DNA of 62,992 bases, the filler included, from Stramenopiles sp. TOSAG23-6 (taxonomy: Eukaryota): NCBI GenBank assembly GCA_900128565.1. It is 9 parts of 9 records of this genome, joined end to end, with 100 filler letters (N's around TTAATTAATTAA, not from the genome) between each part and the next. Parts side by side here need not be neighbours in the genome. Positions count along the whole stretch, not along the records: positions 39,200 to 48,851 come from LT636359.1; positions 48,952 to 58,595 come from LT636360.1; 7 more parts are not named here. One strand, given 5' to 3'. The translations under genes were made by a program, and so were the position numbers. The notes below the pieces were generated by a model. The model was not told the DNA's origin and made no database searches. It was given only the letters and a program-made list of their open reading frames with translations. Shown here one piece after another: positions 44,198 to 57,369 of the stretch. The stretch's first letter is position 1, and every line of letters begins with the position of its first letter.

Positions 44198-45259
44198 TCA
44201 CATCCCTAATTTTCCCAACCAACGGTCAACTGTACTTGGTTGTCGGCTTTGCTTAATTATTTCGGCCATTTCAGCAAAATTTCGTGCACCGCTTTCCATC
44301 TGGTTAATTCTATTACTTAACTCTGCAACACTCTCTACATTACCTTCTGCATTCATTAAAAGATTATTCATAGCTCCAGCTGATGTGGTGCCAGCTGCTG
44401 CAGCTGGCACCGCAGGAGCTGCAGCTGACACCGCAGGAGCTACAGCTGGGTTCCCAGCAGCTGCAGCTCCTCTCACGTTAAAACCACCTGGGCACTTACT
44501 GTCAGAATTTTTTCCTGCCAGATTAAAACAATGTTGCAGATCAGATCCAATCACTGGTGCTCTACACCAGACGCAATCTTTTTTCAAATGTCTTACAGAT
44601 TCTTCACTCCTGAAAATTTTTGCCAGACGAAATATAACTGGTCTCTCTTGAACAGCTGCACCCAAGCAATCTGGCTCAATTGTATAATTCTTACAATCCG
44701 AAATAAAGTCTGTATCTTTTCTAACTTCATCTATTCCTTTTATAAGTTCATTTAGATATTTTCCGCGGTGCCAATCTTCTGATGGTTGATTCTGTGGCAC
44801 AAAAGGATCCACTCCCTGTTGTGCTCCTGTGGGTTCGATTCTGAGCAGTTCTTGCTGATCTGCTTGGACTTCTGGCTGAGGTTCTGGTTCTGGCTGAGTT
44901 TCTGGCTGAAGTTTTTGTCGCAACCGTGTAATAAATCCCCCATTCCGAATCTGGTTTTTTTGCGTCCTTGCTGGTGCTGCGAAGTTTTCAGACGCATTTT
45001 CAAGATATTTCACATTCTCCAGCGCGTTTCCCATTTGTCGTACATCTGAAGAAAAAAAATAACCAGCCAACTTATTTTGAAGATTCTCCTTCTGTTCTTC
45101 CAGTCGTAACTCTGCCAACCCATTTTCAATACCTCTCACCTTCTGATGCAGAAGTTCCAGTCGTTGTTGTCGTTCATTATCACCACTATCCGCTCCCATA
45201 CAAATTCCCATGGTAAAACCAACCGCGATCAAAATCTGAAAACATTTTCTTGTATTCAT
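44198..45259 (-). CDS. Secreted hypothetical protein with coiled coil and Ala-rich linker
   Basis: Signal-peptide-like CFQILIAVGFTMGICMG; open ORF. Confidence 0.65.
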   Translation of the reverse strand: MNTRKCFQILIAVGFTMGICMGADSGDNERQQRLELLHQKVRGIENGLAELRLEEQKENLQNKLAGYFFSSDVRQMGNALENVKYLENASENFAAPARTQKNQIRNGGFITRLRQKLQPETQPEPEPQPEVQADQQELLRIEPTGAQQGVDPFVPQNQPSEDWHRGKYLNELIKGIDEVRKDTDFISDCKNYTIEPDCLGAAVQERPVIFRLAKIFRSEESVRHLKKDCVWCRAPVIGSDLQHCFNLAGKNSDSKCPGGFNVRGAAAAGNPAVAPAVSAAAPAVPAAAAGTTSAGAMNNLLMNAEGNVESVAELSNRINQMESGARNFAEMAEIIKQSRQPSTVDRWLGKLGM

Positions 45260-45663
45260 TTCCTTTAATTTGTCTTCTTTGTAAATGCTTGAATTCAAGA
45301 TACGACAAGACGAAGTACTATTTTCAAAATACGTTGAATTTTGTATCCAAAATCGTATCCAAAATTTGATTTATATAAGTGTACCAAAATTGTTAGATAT
45401 TTTCGTGTTTACAGCATCACAGAAAAGATACTGTTTTTGATTTTCATCATGTGTACTTTTTAGATTGTAAAAGTCTGTAAAAGTTGAGTGGATAATGTAT
45501 TTATTATATGTAACATTGTAACACTCCCATCAAAGACTAAACAATATATGTATACTCTACTAAAAAAACATCAAAATTTCGTACCAAACCAAAAAAAACA
45601 TCTTTAAAAATATTTATATAAAAAAATCTAAATTTTTTACCAAACTAAAAAAACAACTCTTAA

Positions 45664-48600
45664 TTAAATATGTCTTATTGGAGGTAATGTCAATGATCGC
45701 GATGTGTAATTTTTTGACTTGACTTTACGTATATTTGAAATCATGGAATCTTTTGACCATGCAACATTTGAATGAATATTTGAATGAACATTTGAATGAA
45801 CATTTGAATATCGGTGTAGAGGTTCCGATGAATGTTTATCCACAGCTGCACTTATTTCATCAAAAAAGTTTCCAGCAAATGCAACACCATCATCATCAAT
45901 TTTATGTGAATCATGTCCATACCCATCAAATTCATGTATATATAAATTACTCTCGGTATTTCGAGTATTTTGAGTATTTTGAGTATTTTGAATATTTTGT
46001 TTTTTGTTTTTTTTATCTCCTCTTTTCGCTTTCGTCCTCGACTTTATTTGTTTTTTACGATTTTTATTATTACCTCTCTTAAATTTTCTTTTACGTTTCA
46101 TCATCAACAATAAAGTTTCTCTATTATTTATTCCCCATTCTTTACCAAGGGCAGCTAATTTTGATTCCTTTTTTGTATTTTTAAGGGTGTTTTGGTTGAG
46201 TTTTACTTCCTGTAAGCCTTCATTGAGAACTGTACGACCATCACTAACATGATTACTATTAAAGTTAGGGTTACTTTGTTTTGGTAAAAGAAGTATATTT
46301 GACTTAGGGTTTGTGGTCATCGACTTGGAAGTAGGTGCAGTTTTCTTTAATGAGACATGACGGTATGACTCACTTTGATTCGATGATTGCATATCATCAA
46401 AATCATTAAAATCATCAAAATCATTAAAATTATCAAAATCGTCATTGATATCTAAGTCATCATTGATATCAAGAAATGAATTAATATCTACTTCATCATA
46501 ATTAAAATCATCTTCATCAAAATATTTTGCACCGTCTCGTGCCGTAGACAAAACCTTCCGTAGAATATACCCTCTGAAAAGACTTTGTATACATACAACT
46601 GCGGCATTCATTGTGGACTTGTTTTTCTTAATTTGACTATTATGTACCTCATTGTTGACCAAAGCTCGAAGTTCAAAGGCACCTCGGGCTCCACCACCAC
46701 GAGCACGCGATCCTCGATTGAGCGTAGCAGTGAGTGTTGCAGACGATTGAGGTGAACCAGGTAAAGCACACGCAACAGCTTCTGCAGCAGATCGTAATTC
46801 ATTTGCTTTGATATGGAATTCTCTTTCAGAAATTTTTCCAATATCAAGAAAATGATTTAATTGAGTTAGTGTAGTATTGACATTATCTCTATCACTAACA
46901 CTTTCTAGTGTAATATTAACATTATCTCTATCACTAACACGTTCTAGTGTAGTATTGACATTATCTCTATCACTGACATTTTCAAATATACTTTTTGTTA
47001 TTTTTGAGATTGTTGTATGCTTAGTTTCATCATTTTGTTTTGTATGTTTTTTTTCATTATTGTTTTTCTGAGTTATTTCCAAATTCCCTCCCCATGCTAC
47101 TACAGGAGTTCTATAATGACTATGTTTTTGTTTTTCTTCATTTTGAATTTCAGTACCTATACTTGCTCTACTTTTTTTTTTTTGTCTTTGAATTTGTTCC
47201 CTTTTTTGCTGCTTTTGGATTTCATCTGCTTTTTCTTTTTCTTTTCGTAAACGTTCCATTTCAAATAATCTTTGTTGTTCTGCTTCTTTTTCTTTTCGCA
47301 AACGTTCCATTTCAANTAATCTNTNTTGTTCTTTTTCTTTTTCTTTTCGCAAACGTTCCATTTCAAATAATCTATGTTGTTCCGCGCGTTCCAATTCTTG
47401 TTGAACTTTCCGTTGATATATCTCCTTTCTTTTCTTAATTTCTTCACGTTTTTGCTTTTCTAATTTTAGTCTATTTTGCACATATTCTTTATGCTTTTCG
47501 TGTCTCATTTGTGCTACAATTTTCCTTGCCATTCTTCCACGCTGATTTGTTTGAATGAGTATGTATTTTGGAAGAATATTTCAAAAAAAAAAGATGTTAG
47601 GTATAAAATTTCGTACGAAAAAAAATTCATACAAAAAAAAATAAAACATACATTGCAGCAATTCTTCTTTGGATTTGTTTTTTTTTTGATTCTCTAAATA
47701 GCTTTTGCAATCCCAAAGATGCAATTATTTTCTTTTTATATCTAATTTGTTCTTGGAATCTAAATACCTTTCTATCATACATTTCCTTTCTATATTTTTC
47801 ACGTCGGAGATTTTCTTCTTTTTCCAAACGTTTTCTTTGTAACATATTTCGTGTTTGCTCTTCTTCTCGGTGTTTTTCTCTTTTTTTTGCCATCGTTTCA
47901 CGTGCGAGTCTCCAACGTTCTTCATCTTTTTGAAGCTTTATAATTCTATTTTGTATTTCTTTTTCTTTCAATTTTTCTTCTTGGCGTTTTTGTTTAANNN
48001 NNNNNNNNNNNNNNNNNNNNNNNNNNNNNNNNNNNNNNNNNNNNNNNNNNNNNNNNNNNNNNNNNNNNNNNNNNNNNNNNNNNNNNNNNNNNNNNNNACA
48101 TACATATTCCTCAGCATTACATTTTGCTTCTTGTAATCGAAGATCCCGGGCCACCTTAATTTGTATCTCCAACTCTTCATCCTGTTGACGATGTTTTTCA
48201 TCAATTTTATAGTTGTCTTCGATTATAGTGTTCACAGCTGTTTGGCATTCACTTACAATATCATGTATTGATTTTTCATGTTTATTTTGTAGATTATTTT
48301 TTTCAGCTAGGGTTAGGTCTATACTAGGGTTAGTGTTTATATTTATTTTTGTGTCTTTTGTACTATTTGATGAAAGTTCAACAATATTGTCATTATTGTC
48401 ATTTTGTACAGAATATATTGTCGATTTGGGTATTGTATTTATTTGATTAGTGGTCATTTTTGTCTCCTGTTCTTCTACAGTCTTCACAAATGAATGTGTA
48501 CTAGGGTTAGGGCTTGATGGCATTGTGGTTGATGTTGTATTTGTTATTTCTTTCTGTTTGTCTATATTAGTTGACATTGGTAAATCATTTTCATGTTTTA

Positions 48601-48851
48601 TTTCCTGAAAGTCTAAATGCATTTGATTCAAAACGGTATCATTCTTTTTGACTACTCCCATTAAAGCTGCCCACGCACTAACACCATTAAGTATACTATG
48701 GTTAGGGTTAGGATCCAACGGATCATTCGGCGGCGTTGAAGTAGACTCAAGACTTTGAACAACTAAAGCTTTCCCTACAGCTGCTGTATCTGATCCAGAA
48801 AGTACACTTGTATCCGCATGTATTGGTGTACGGAGTAATGAACGCCACCGT
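45664..48851 (-). CDS. IQ-motif coiled-coil protein, 5'-truncated; family introns at 47561-47651 and one starting at 48103 (runs into a gap)
   Basis: The splice creates AAILIQTNQRGRMARK; second IQ motif CIQSLFRGYILRK. Confidence 0.75.
47561..47651 (-). mobile_element. Introner-like family intron, GT-AT, 91 nt
   Basis: GCA AT|GTATG...AATACAT|A CTC restores the IQ motif. Confidence 0.88.
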
Positions 48852-48951
48852 NNNNNNNNNNNNNNNNNNNNNNNNNNNNNNNNNNNNNNNNNNNNTTAAT
48901 TAATTAANNNNNNNNNNNNNNNNNNNNNNNNNNNNNNNNNNNNNNNNNNNN

Positions 48952-49692
48952 GGTACAAAATTTCGTACGAAAAAAAATCGAATTTGAAAAAAAATAAAAC
49001 ATACATATTTTTCCCTTTTAATCTACTAAAATTCCAATTAAAACTTTGAGATTTTTGTGATCCGACTCCCGTATACATGTATTTTAGAAACATATTTCAA
49101 AAAAAATTCTAAAAAAATTTGTTAGGTACAAAATTTCGTACGAAAAAAAAAATCGTTTTTTTTTGTAAAAAAAAAATAAAACATACATTGGAACATAAAT
49201 AATTAACCACTCAGCATCTGTGTTTTCTATCTTTTTTATCCATTTTCGAATTTTTGGCTCTACATCTTCTTTATAAGTATTCATATCCTCTGCTTTTGAT
49301 ATAAATATATGAAGATATGGTTCTTGATACCAAGTGTCAGGATTTGTAAACGAAGGCCAAGATGGATCGTTTTCATGCTTATAGTGCAATTGCAAGGAAC
49401 TAATATCACGACAAATTTTGGATGGTGTCATTTTATTTGGTGACAGAATGAAATTTGAAGGTTTACCCGATATACCTGGTATTTTCTTTAGGGGAGAAGA
49501 TAACGATTGATTTTCATTCTGACTTGCTGACCAATGAAGAGAAAGATGTACGTCTTTAAGAATTTCTCCAATTCCAAGTTGAAGAAGTGTTGGCCAAAGT
49601 GACCACTCGTCATTATACGATATTGCAACCCGTGGGCATAATTTTGACTCACTGTCAACTAATGAAGAATAACTTTCAGGGAGAAATGACAT
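48952..49692 (-). CDS. TRAPPC10: TRAPP II subunit TRAPPC10/Trs130 N-terminus, truncated; family introns 49077-49186 (GT-AT) and 48952-49004; mirror copy at 57855-58595 (+)
   Basis: PYLHIFI..ED..TYK..V.PKIRKW.....EWLIIYV resembles the Trs130 N-terminal domain. Confidence 0.6.
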
Positions 49693-50177
49693 TGTATCGT
49701 ACTCTTACAACAAATTCTTGACCTATATACATATATATATGATTACGATGAATCGGATGATGAATAATACTGTTTTCGTTTTTGTTTGTTTTTTTTTGAC
49801 GCTTTTGCTTGTTTTTGGCTTTTGAGCTTTTTTTTTTTTGGATGAATGAATGTCGTCAATTTGCAATTTGCAAACAAGCATTTTCACCTCGCAGCAAAAG
49901 GGCAAGCAAAAGGGCAAGCAAAAGGGCAGCAAAAGGGCAGCAAAAGGGTGCTGCGTGAAGGGAATAGTGCGGACCAAGTTGATGAAATTAATTCAGGGGT
50001 TAAAAGAGACTTATGACATGATGCGAAACGCTTGAGACAGAAATATAATATCATGATATAAATTACAAATAGTCAAAAATAAATCAAAAGTTTNAAAACT
50101 ATTTATTGTTTCATATCTATTTTTTTTCTTTTTCCTAAATTTTGTATTGTTTTTTCTTTTTCCCAATTTTGCTTGCA

Positions 50178-52226
50178 TTATTTTTCGGCTCCATTTTCAA
50201 CGAGTTGTTGAACTATTTGTGTATGTCCATTCATTGAAGCAACATACAATGGGGTAAATCCATTATTCCTAGCCAGATTGACATCAGCACCAGCAGCAAT
50301 AAGTTTTTCAACTACTCCAACATGACCTTTCATTGAAGCAATAAACAATGGGGGATATCCGTAGTTATTAGTCTTATTGATATCAATGTCATCCGCATTG
50401 ACAAGTAGCTGAACTACTCCAACATTACCATATTTAGCAGCCGTCATAAGTGCTGTATCGCCTTTGCAATTCACCTTGTCAATATCGGCACCACTTTTAA
50501 TAAGTTGTTCAACTATTTCTGTATGCCCATATTCAGCTGCATGAATTAATGGTGTATATATGCCATAGCCAACCATATCAACATCAGCACCAGCAGCGAT
50601 AAGTTTTTCAACTACTCCAACATTACCAGTCCCTGAAGAAGAAAGCAATGCAATGTTTTTTTTGCTCTCTGACAAGACGCTAATGTCAGCACCAACATCG
50701 ATAAGTTTTTCAACTACTCCAACATGGCCATGATGTGAAGCAATACGCAATGGGGTAATTTTATCGAATTTAGCAACATTGACATTAGCACCAGCAGCAA
50801 TTAGTTGTGCAACTACTTCCGCATGACCATGATATGAAGCAATATATAATGGCGTAGCTCCCTCTTTTGTAGCCTTCTCAACATCAGCACCAGCGGCGAG
50901 AAGTCTTTCAACTATTTTTTCATGAGCTTTAATTGAAGCTGTATATAATGGGGTAAGTCCGCGTTCATCAGCAGCCAGATCGACACCAGCATCAGAACTG
51001 ATAAGTTCTTCAACTATTCCTTCATGGCCATTCTGTGAAGCATAATACAATGGGGTAAATCCCATGCTATCAGCCTTATTGACATCAGCACCAGCAGCGA
51101 TAACTTTTTGAACTATTTCTAAACGTCCATAACAAACAGCTTTTATAAGTGCATCATTCACATCAGCGCCTGAATCTATAAGCAATTGGACGACATCTGT
51201 TGATCCATTTATAGTAGCCAAAACTAGTGATGTCCGTCCTTGATTATCTGAATGATGTACGTCAGCACCAGAAGCAATAAGTACCTTTACAACTTCTTCA
51301 CACGCATTTTCGCACGCGTAGAGCAACGCCGTCGATCCATAATGATCTGAATAATTCACGTCAGCCCCATTCTCAAGAAGTACATTAATTACTTCTATAC
51401 TTCGTATTTGTGATTCACTGCGGGCTGCTTCAATCAAAGCAGTACGTTCTCCGACCCACTGATCATCTCCTTCTGACACTTCATTAACATCAACACCTAT
51501 AGCAAGAAGAACAGTGATAATTTCCATATAACCCCTACAAGAAGCCATAACAAGTGGATTAAATTTGCGATGTCTTATTGCAGGACGGTTTTTAAATGGT
51601 GCATGAAAAAATCCTGTGAAATGTATCAGTGCCACACCCATTTCTGCAGCTTTTTCTCGATATATTTGATTCTTCTCATCTGATGATAACTTTAAAAACG
51701 TTTTCCAATCATTGGCTTTTTTTTTCATTTCAGTGTATTTTCGAAATTCTTCATGTACTACATGACACGCAGAGTGTGCACCGGACTTGATTCGTGCTCT
51801 CAAAACTGCTGGATGGACGTCGAACTTCAATAGTGGAGCATTTACCGATGGTGGAATTTTCGAAGCGGTTTGAAGTACTTTGAGCAGAGATTGACGAGTC
51901 CAAGGATTCAAGGTTAACAATCCCGCAAAGTGAAGAATGTTATTCATAATTAGAGGGATTTCGGGAACATAAAACTGTTTTGATTTCTTTAAGGCACATA
52001 AGAAAGTTATCTTTGCCTTACGCGCACTCGTGAGATCCACCGTGTACGCGTCTTCATACTTTTTGCGTTGTTCTTTCCAATGAGACTCTATTACAATTTG
52101 ACTATTTCCTCGTAGTTTTTTCGCCTTGGGACCATCAGTTCTATCGGGACCAACATTCTTTTTGGGACGATCAGAAGCGTGAATTACAGTAAGGGATAAC
52201 AATACGATAAATATGGAAATATTCAT
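50178..52226 (-). CDS. Ankyrin-repeat protein with signal peptide
   Basis: More than 10 TPL..AS..GH..IV..LI.AGADV repeats; MNISIFIVLLSLTVIHA. Confidence 0.9.
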   Translation of the reverse strand: MNISIFIVLLSLTVIHASDRPKKNVGPDRTDGPKAKKLRGNSQIVIESHWKEQRKKYEDAYTVDLTSARKAKITFLCALKKSKQFYVPEIPLIMNNILHFAGLLTLNPWTRQSLLKVLQTASKIPPSVNAPLLKFDVHPAVLRARIKSGAHSACHVVHEEFRKYTEMKKKANDWKTFLKLSSDEKNQIYREKAAEMGVALIHFTGFFHAPFKNRPAIRHRKFNPLVMASCRGYMEIITVLLAIGVDVNEVSEGDDQWVGERTALIEAARSESQIRSIEVINVLLENGADVNYSDHYGSTALLYACENACEEVVKVLIASGADVHHSDNQGRTSLVLATINGSTDVVQLLIDSGADVNDALIKAVCYGRLEIVQKVIAAGADVNKADSMGFTPLYYASQNGHEGIVEELISSDAGVDLAADERGLTPLYTASIKAHEKIVERLLAAGADVEKATKEGATPLYIASYHGHAEVVAQLIAAGANVNVAKFDKITPLRIASHHGHVGVVEKLIDVGADISVLSESKKNIALLSSSGTGNVGVVEKLIAAGADVDMVGYGIYTPLIHAAEYGHTEIVEQLIKSGADIDKVNCKGDTALMTAAKYGNVGVVQLLVNADDIDINKTNNYGYPPLFIASMKGHVGVVEKLIAAGADVNLARNNGFTPLYVASMNGHTQIVQQLVENGAEK

Positions 52227-52531
52227 TTTAAGGTTTGGAATGTACCTAGCTAGACACTCCCTATAGCTAGAGGTACTCTGTAGGCCTACGCAAGTACAAG
52301 TTTTGGGATATTCGGAATTTCGGACCAATTGCACTGACTTTATTGTGATTTTATTTTTTTCCTGGAATTTATTAATTTATTTTTTTTCAAATGCTTGATT
52401 CGACTTCAAAATCAAAATGAATCAAAATCAATGTGATGACCGTAAAGTCCGTTCGTTCTCCTCCTCCACGTAAAATATATTAATTATTATTGTCGGAGCA
52501 AAAATACACATCATTGTGTGCGGTGACGACA

Positions 52532-53667
52532 ATGTGGAAGTCAGATGGACACACAATATTTAGATCAGCCCAGCCATTTCCAAAACAAATCCCTGATATA
52601 GTAGTTGCGTGTGTAGATAACTTGCGAACGAAAGCTCTAGATGTAGTGGGCCTCTTTCGCATACCTGCGGCCATGACTCTTGTATTTGATTATAAACAGA
52701 AAATAGACGAAGCTGGTGAAAATAGTAGTACAATAATCTATAATATAGATGATCCACACATAGTGGCTGGGTTACTTACGCTATACATTAAATTGTTGCC
52801 AACTTCTCCGCTACCATTCAAGGAGATACAAGAAGTTGGTTTAAGGAAGCAATTAGAAGACTTTGATGCAATTTGTGAGCTCCTGACAGGTTTGTCTTTA
52901 CCAAAGTGGAATATACTCAAGTTTATATTAAATTTCCTTAGTGATGTCGCGGCAAAATCCGAATTAAATGAAATGTCGGTGTCAGAGCTAGCAAAAGTGT
53001 TTGGCCCGCTTCTTTGTCGTCCGACAAAAGGGACGTATATGTCTCTCATGCACTGCAATGGCCTGAGTAATATTCAAGTGTTAGTCCATGTATTCCTTGA
53101 AAATCACGAAAAAGTAATTGAAAAAGTCGAAATAAATCGAAAATCTGAACTTGATAAATCAAAACATTCAGATATCTCAAAAGAGAAAAAATGTGACACA
53201 TCATCATCATCAAATGCATCTGTCAATGATGTTTCACAAGTGTCTCCAAAAAATGTTGATACTTTTATAGAAAACGAAAGCAAATATTCTGACAATTCTG
53301 ACAACAAAAACAATAATTTTGATGCATCATTATCTTCGCCAAGTGATGCTACAACTGATGATGCATCCATGTCGCCGAATCAATCTGATATTGATAACAA
53401 TACACGAGTATTTTTTAATCATTTTTTTATCATTTTTTTTTTCATACGAAATTTTGTACCTAACGATTTTTTTTTGAAAATTTTCAAAAAAAAAAAAAAA
53501 AAAAAAAAAATAAATATTTTTGACAATATAGGATAATGTAGAAAAATTGAAAAAAATTAAAAAACAAGTGAAAGAAGAAGGAAAAACGACTCATCCACTA
53601 AAAGTAAATACAAATATTCAAAAAAGTATCTCAACGAAATTATCATCGTCAAGAAGAAATACCGATA
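52532..53667 (+). CDS. RhoGAP-domain protein, truncated; family intron 53408-53531 (GT-AG) and a copy from 53668
   Basis: GLFRIP arginine finger, DPHIVAGLL and N.M....LAKVFGPLL; start codon uncertain. Confidence 0.85.
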
Positions 53668-53879
53668 GTACGTTTCCATTATGAAATTTACATTTTTTTT
53701 TTCTTTTTTTTTTTCATACGAAATTTTGTACCTAACGATTTTTTTTTACGAAAAAAAAAAAAAAAAAAAAAAATTTTTTTTTTTTTTTTTTTTTTTCGTA
53801 AAAAAAAATCGTTAGGTACAAAATTTCGTATGAAAAAAAAAAAGAAAAAAAAAATGTAAATTTCATAATGGAAACGTAC

Positions 53880-55015
53880 TATCGGTATTTCTTCTTGACG
53901 ATGATAATTTCGTTGAGATACTTTTTTGAATATTTGTATTTACTTTTAGTGGATGAGTCGTTTTTCCTTCTTCTTTCACTTGTTTTTTAATTTTTTTCAA
54001 TTTTTCTACATTATCCTATATTGTCAAAAATATTTATTTTTTTTTTTTTTTTTTTTTTTTTGAAAATTTTCAAAAAAAAATCGTTAGGTACAAAATTTCG
54101 TATGAAAAAAAAAATGATAAAAAAATGATTAAAAAATACTCGTGTATTGTTATCAATATCAGATTGATTCGGCGACATGGATGCATCATCAGTTGTAGCA
54201 TCACTTGGCGAAGATAATGATGCATCAAAATTATTGTTTTTGTTGTCAGAATTGTCAGAATATTTGCTTTCGTTTTCTATAAAAGTATCAACATTTTTTG
54301 GAGACACTTGTGAAACATCATTGACAGATGCATTTGATGATGATGATGTGTCACATTTTTTCTCTTTTGAGATATCTGAATGTTTTGATTTATCAAGTTC
54401 AGATTTTCGATTTATTTCGACTTTTTCAATTACTTTTTCGTGATTTTCAAGGAATACATGGACTAACACTTGAATATTACTCAGGCCATTGCAGTGCATG
54501 AGAGACATATACGTCCCTTTTGTCGGACGACAAAGAAGCGGGCCAAACACTTTTGCTAGCTCTGACACCGACATTTCATTTAATTCGGATTTTGCCGCGA
54601 CATCACTAAGGAAATTTAATATAAACTTGAGTATATTCCACTTTGGTAAAGACAAACCTGTCAGGAGCTCACAAATTGCATCAAAGTCTTCTAATTGCTT
54701 CCTTAAACCAACTTCTTGTATCTCCTTGAATGGTAGCGGAGAAGTTGGCAACAATTTAATGTATAGCGTAAGTAACCCAGCCACTATGTGTGGATCATCT
54801 ATATTATAGATTATTGTACTACTATTTTCACCAGCTTCGTCTATTTTCTGTTTATAATCAAATACAAGAGTCATGGCCGCAGGTATGCGAAAGAGGCCCA
54901 CTACATCTAGAGCTTTCGTTCGCAAGTTATCTACACACGCAACTACTATATCAGGGATTTGTTTTGGAAATGGCTGGGCTGATCTAAATATTGTGTGTCC
55001 ATCTGACTTCCACAT
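53880..55015 (-). CDS. RhoGAP-domain protein, mirror copy
   Basis: Exact reverse complement of 52532-53667. Confidence 0.6.
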
Positions 55016-55320
55016 TGTCGTCACCGCACACAATGATGTGTATTTTTGCTCCGACAATAATAATTAATATATTTTACGTGGAGGAGGAGAACGAACGGAC
55101 TTTACGGTCATCACATTGATTTTGATTCATTTTGATTTTGAAGTCGAATCAAGCATTTGAAAAAAAATAAATTAATAAATTCCAGGAAAAAAATAAAATC
55201 ACAATAAAGTCAGTGCAATTGGTCCGAAATTCCGAATATCCCAAAACTTGTACTTGCGTAGGCCTACAGAGTACCTCTAGCTATAGGGAGTGTCTAGCTA
55301 GGTACATTCCAAACCTTAAA

Positions 55321-57369
55321 ATGAATATTTCCATATTTATCGTATTGTTATCCCTTACTGTAATTCACGCTTCTGATCGTCCCAAAAAGAATGTTGGTCC
55401 CGATAGAACTGATGGTCCCAAGGCGAAAAAACTACGAGGAAATAGTCAAATTGTAATAGAGTCTCATTGGAAAGAACAACGCAAAAAGTATGAAGACGCG
55501 TACACGGTGGATCTCACGAGTGCGCGTAAGGCAAAGATAACTTTCTTATGTGCCTTAAAGAAATCAAAACAGTTTTATGTTCCCGAAATCCCTCTAATTA
55601 TGAATAACATTCTTCACTTTGCGGGATTGTTAACCTTGAATCCTTGGACTCGTCAATCTCTGCTCAAAGTACTTCAAACCGCTTCGAAAATTCCACCATC
55701 GGTAAATGCTCCACTATTGAAGTTCGACGTCCATCCAGCAGTTTTGAGAGCACGAATCAAGTCCGGTGCACACTCTGCGTGTCATGTAGTACATGAAGAA
55801 TTTCGAAAATACACTGAAATGAAAAAAAAAGCCAATGATTGGAAAACGTTTTTAAAGTTATCATCAGATGAGAAGAATCAAATATATCGAGAAAAAGCTG
55901 CAGAAATGGGTGTGGCACTGATACATTTCACAGGATTTTTTCATGCACCATTTAAAAACCGTCCTGCAATAAGACATCGCAAATTTAATCCACTTGTTAT
56001 GGCTTCTTGTAGGGGTTATATGGAAATTATCACTGTTCTTCTTGCTATAGGTGTTGATGTTAATGAAGTGTCAGAAGGAGATGATCAGTGGGTCGGAGAA
56101 CGTACTGCTTTGATTGAAGCAGCCCGCAGTGAATCACAAATACGAAGTATAGAAGTAATTAATGTACTTCTTGAGAATGGGGCTGACGTGAATTATTCAG
56201 ATCATTATGGATCGACGGCGTTGCTCTACGCGTGCGAAAATGCGTGTGAAGAAGTTGTAAAGGTACTTATTGCTTCTGGTGCTGACGTACATCATTCAGA
56301 TAATCAAGGACGGACATCACTAGTTTTGGCTACTATAAATGGATCAACAGATGTCGTCCAATTGCTTATAGATTCAGGCGCTGATGTGAATGATGCACTT
56401 ATAAAAGCTGTTTGTTATGGACGTTTAGAAATAGTTCAAAAAGTTATCGCTGCTGGTGCTGATGTCAATAAGGCTGATAGCATGGGATTTACCCCATTGT
56501 ATTATGCTTCACAGAATGGCCATGAAGGAATAGTTGAAGAACTTATCAGTTCTGATGCTGGTGTCGATCTGGCTGCTGATGAACGCGGACTTACCCCATT
56601 ATATACAGCTTCAATTAAAGCTCATGAAAAAATAGTTGAAAGACTTCTCGCCGCTGGTGCTGATGTTGAGAAGGCTACAAAAGAGGGAGCTACGCCATTA
56701 TATATTGCTTCATATCATGGTCATGCGGAAGTAGTTGCACAACTAATTGCTGCTGGTGCTAATGTCAATGTTGCTAAATTCGATAAAATTACCCCATTGC
56801 GTATTGCTTCACATCATGGCCATGTTGGAGTAGTTGAAAAACTTATCGATGTTGGTGCTGACATTAGCGTCTTGTCAGAGAGCAAAAAAAACATTGCATT
56901 GCTTTCTTCTTCAGGGACTGGTAATGTTGGAGTAGTTGAAAAACTTATCGCTGCTGGTGCTGATGTTGATATGGTTGGCTATGGCATATATACACCATTA
57001 ATTCATGCAGCTGAATATGGGCATACAGAAATAGTTGAACAACTTATTAAAAGTGGTGCCGATATTGACAAGGTGAATTGCAAAGGCGATACAGCACTTA
57101 TGACGGCTGCTAAATATGGTAATGTTGGAGTAGTTCAGCTACTTGTCAATGCGGATGACATTGATATCAATAAGACTAATAACTACGGATATCCCCCATT
57201 GTTTATTGCTTCAATGAAAGGTCATGTTGGAGTAGTTGAAAAACTTATTGCTGCTGGTGCTGATGTCAATCTGGCTAGGAATAATGGATTTACCCCATTG
57301 TATGTTGCTTCAATGAATGGACATACACAAATAGTTCAACAACTCGTTGAAAATGGAGCCGAAAAATAA
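55321..57369 (+). CDS. Ankyrin-repeat protein, mirror copy
   Basis: Exact reverse complement of 50178-52226. Confidence 0.6.
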   Translation: MNISIFIVLLSLTVIHASDRPKKNVGPDRTDGPKAKKLRGNSQIVIESHWKEQRKKYEDAYTVDLTSARKAKITFLCALKKSKQFYVPEIPLIMNNILHFAGLLTLNPWTRQSLLKVLQTASKIPPSVNAPLLKFDVHPAVLRARIKSGAHSACHVVHEEFRKYTEMKKKANDWKTFLKLSSDEKNQIYREKAAEMGVALIHFTGFFHAPFKNRPAIRHRKFNPLVMASCRGYMEIITVLLAIGVDVNEVSEGDDQWVGERTALIEAARSESQIRSIEVINVLLENGADVNYSDHYGSTALLYACENACEEVVKVLIASGADVHHSDNQGRTSLVLATINGSTDVVQLLIDSGADVNDALIKAVCYGRLEIVQKVIAAGADVNKADSMGFTPLYYASQNGHEGIVEELISSDAGVDLAADERGLTPLYTASIKAHEKIVERLLAAGADVEKATKEGATPLYIASYHGHAEVVAQLIAAGANVNVAKFDKITPLRIASHHGHVGVVEKLIDVGADISVLSESKKNIALLSSSGTGNVGVVEKLIAAGADVDMVGYGIYTPLIHAAEYGHTEIVEQLIKSGADIDKVNCKGDTALMTAAKYGNVGVVQLLVNADDIDINKTNNYGYPPLFIASMKGHVGVVEKLIAAGADVNLARNNGFTPLYVASMNGHTQIVQQLVENGAEK

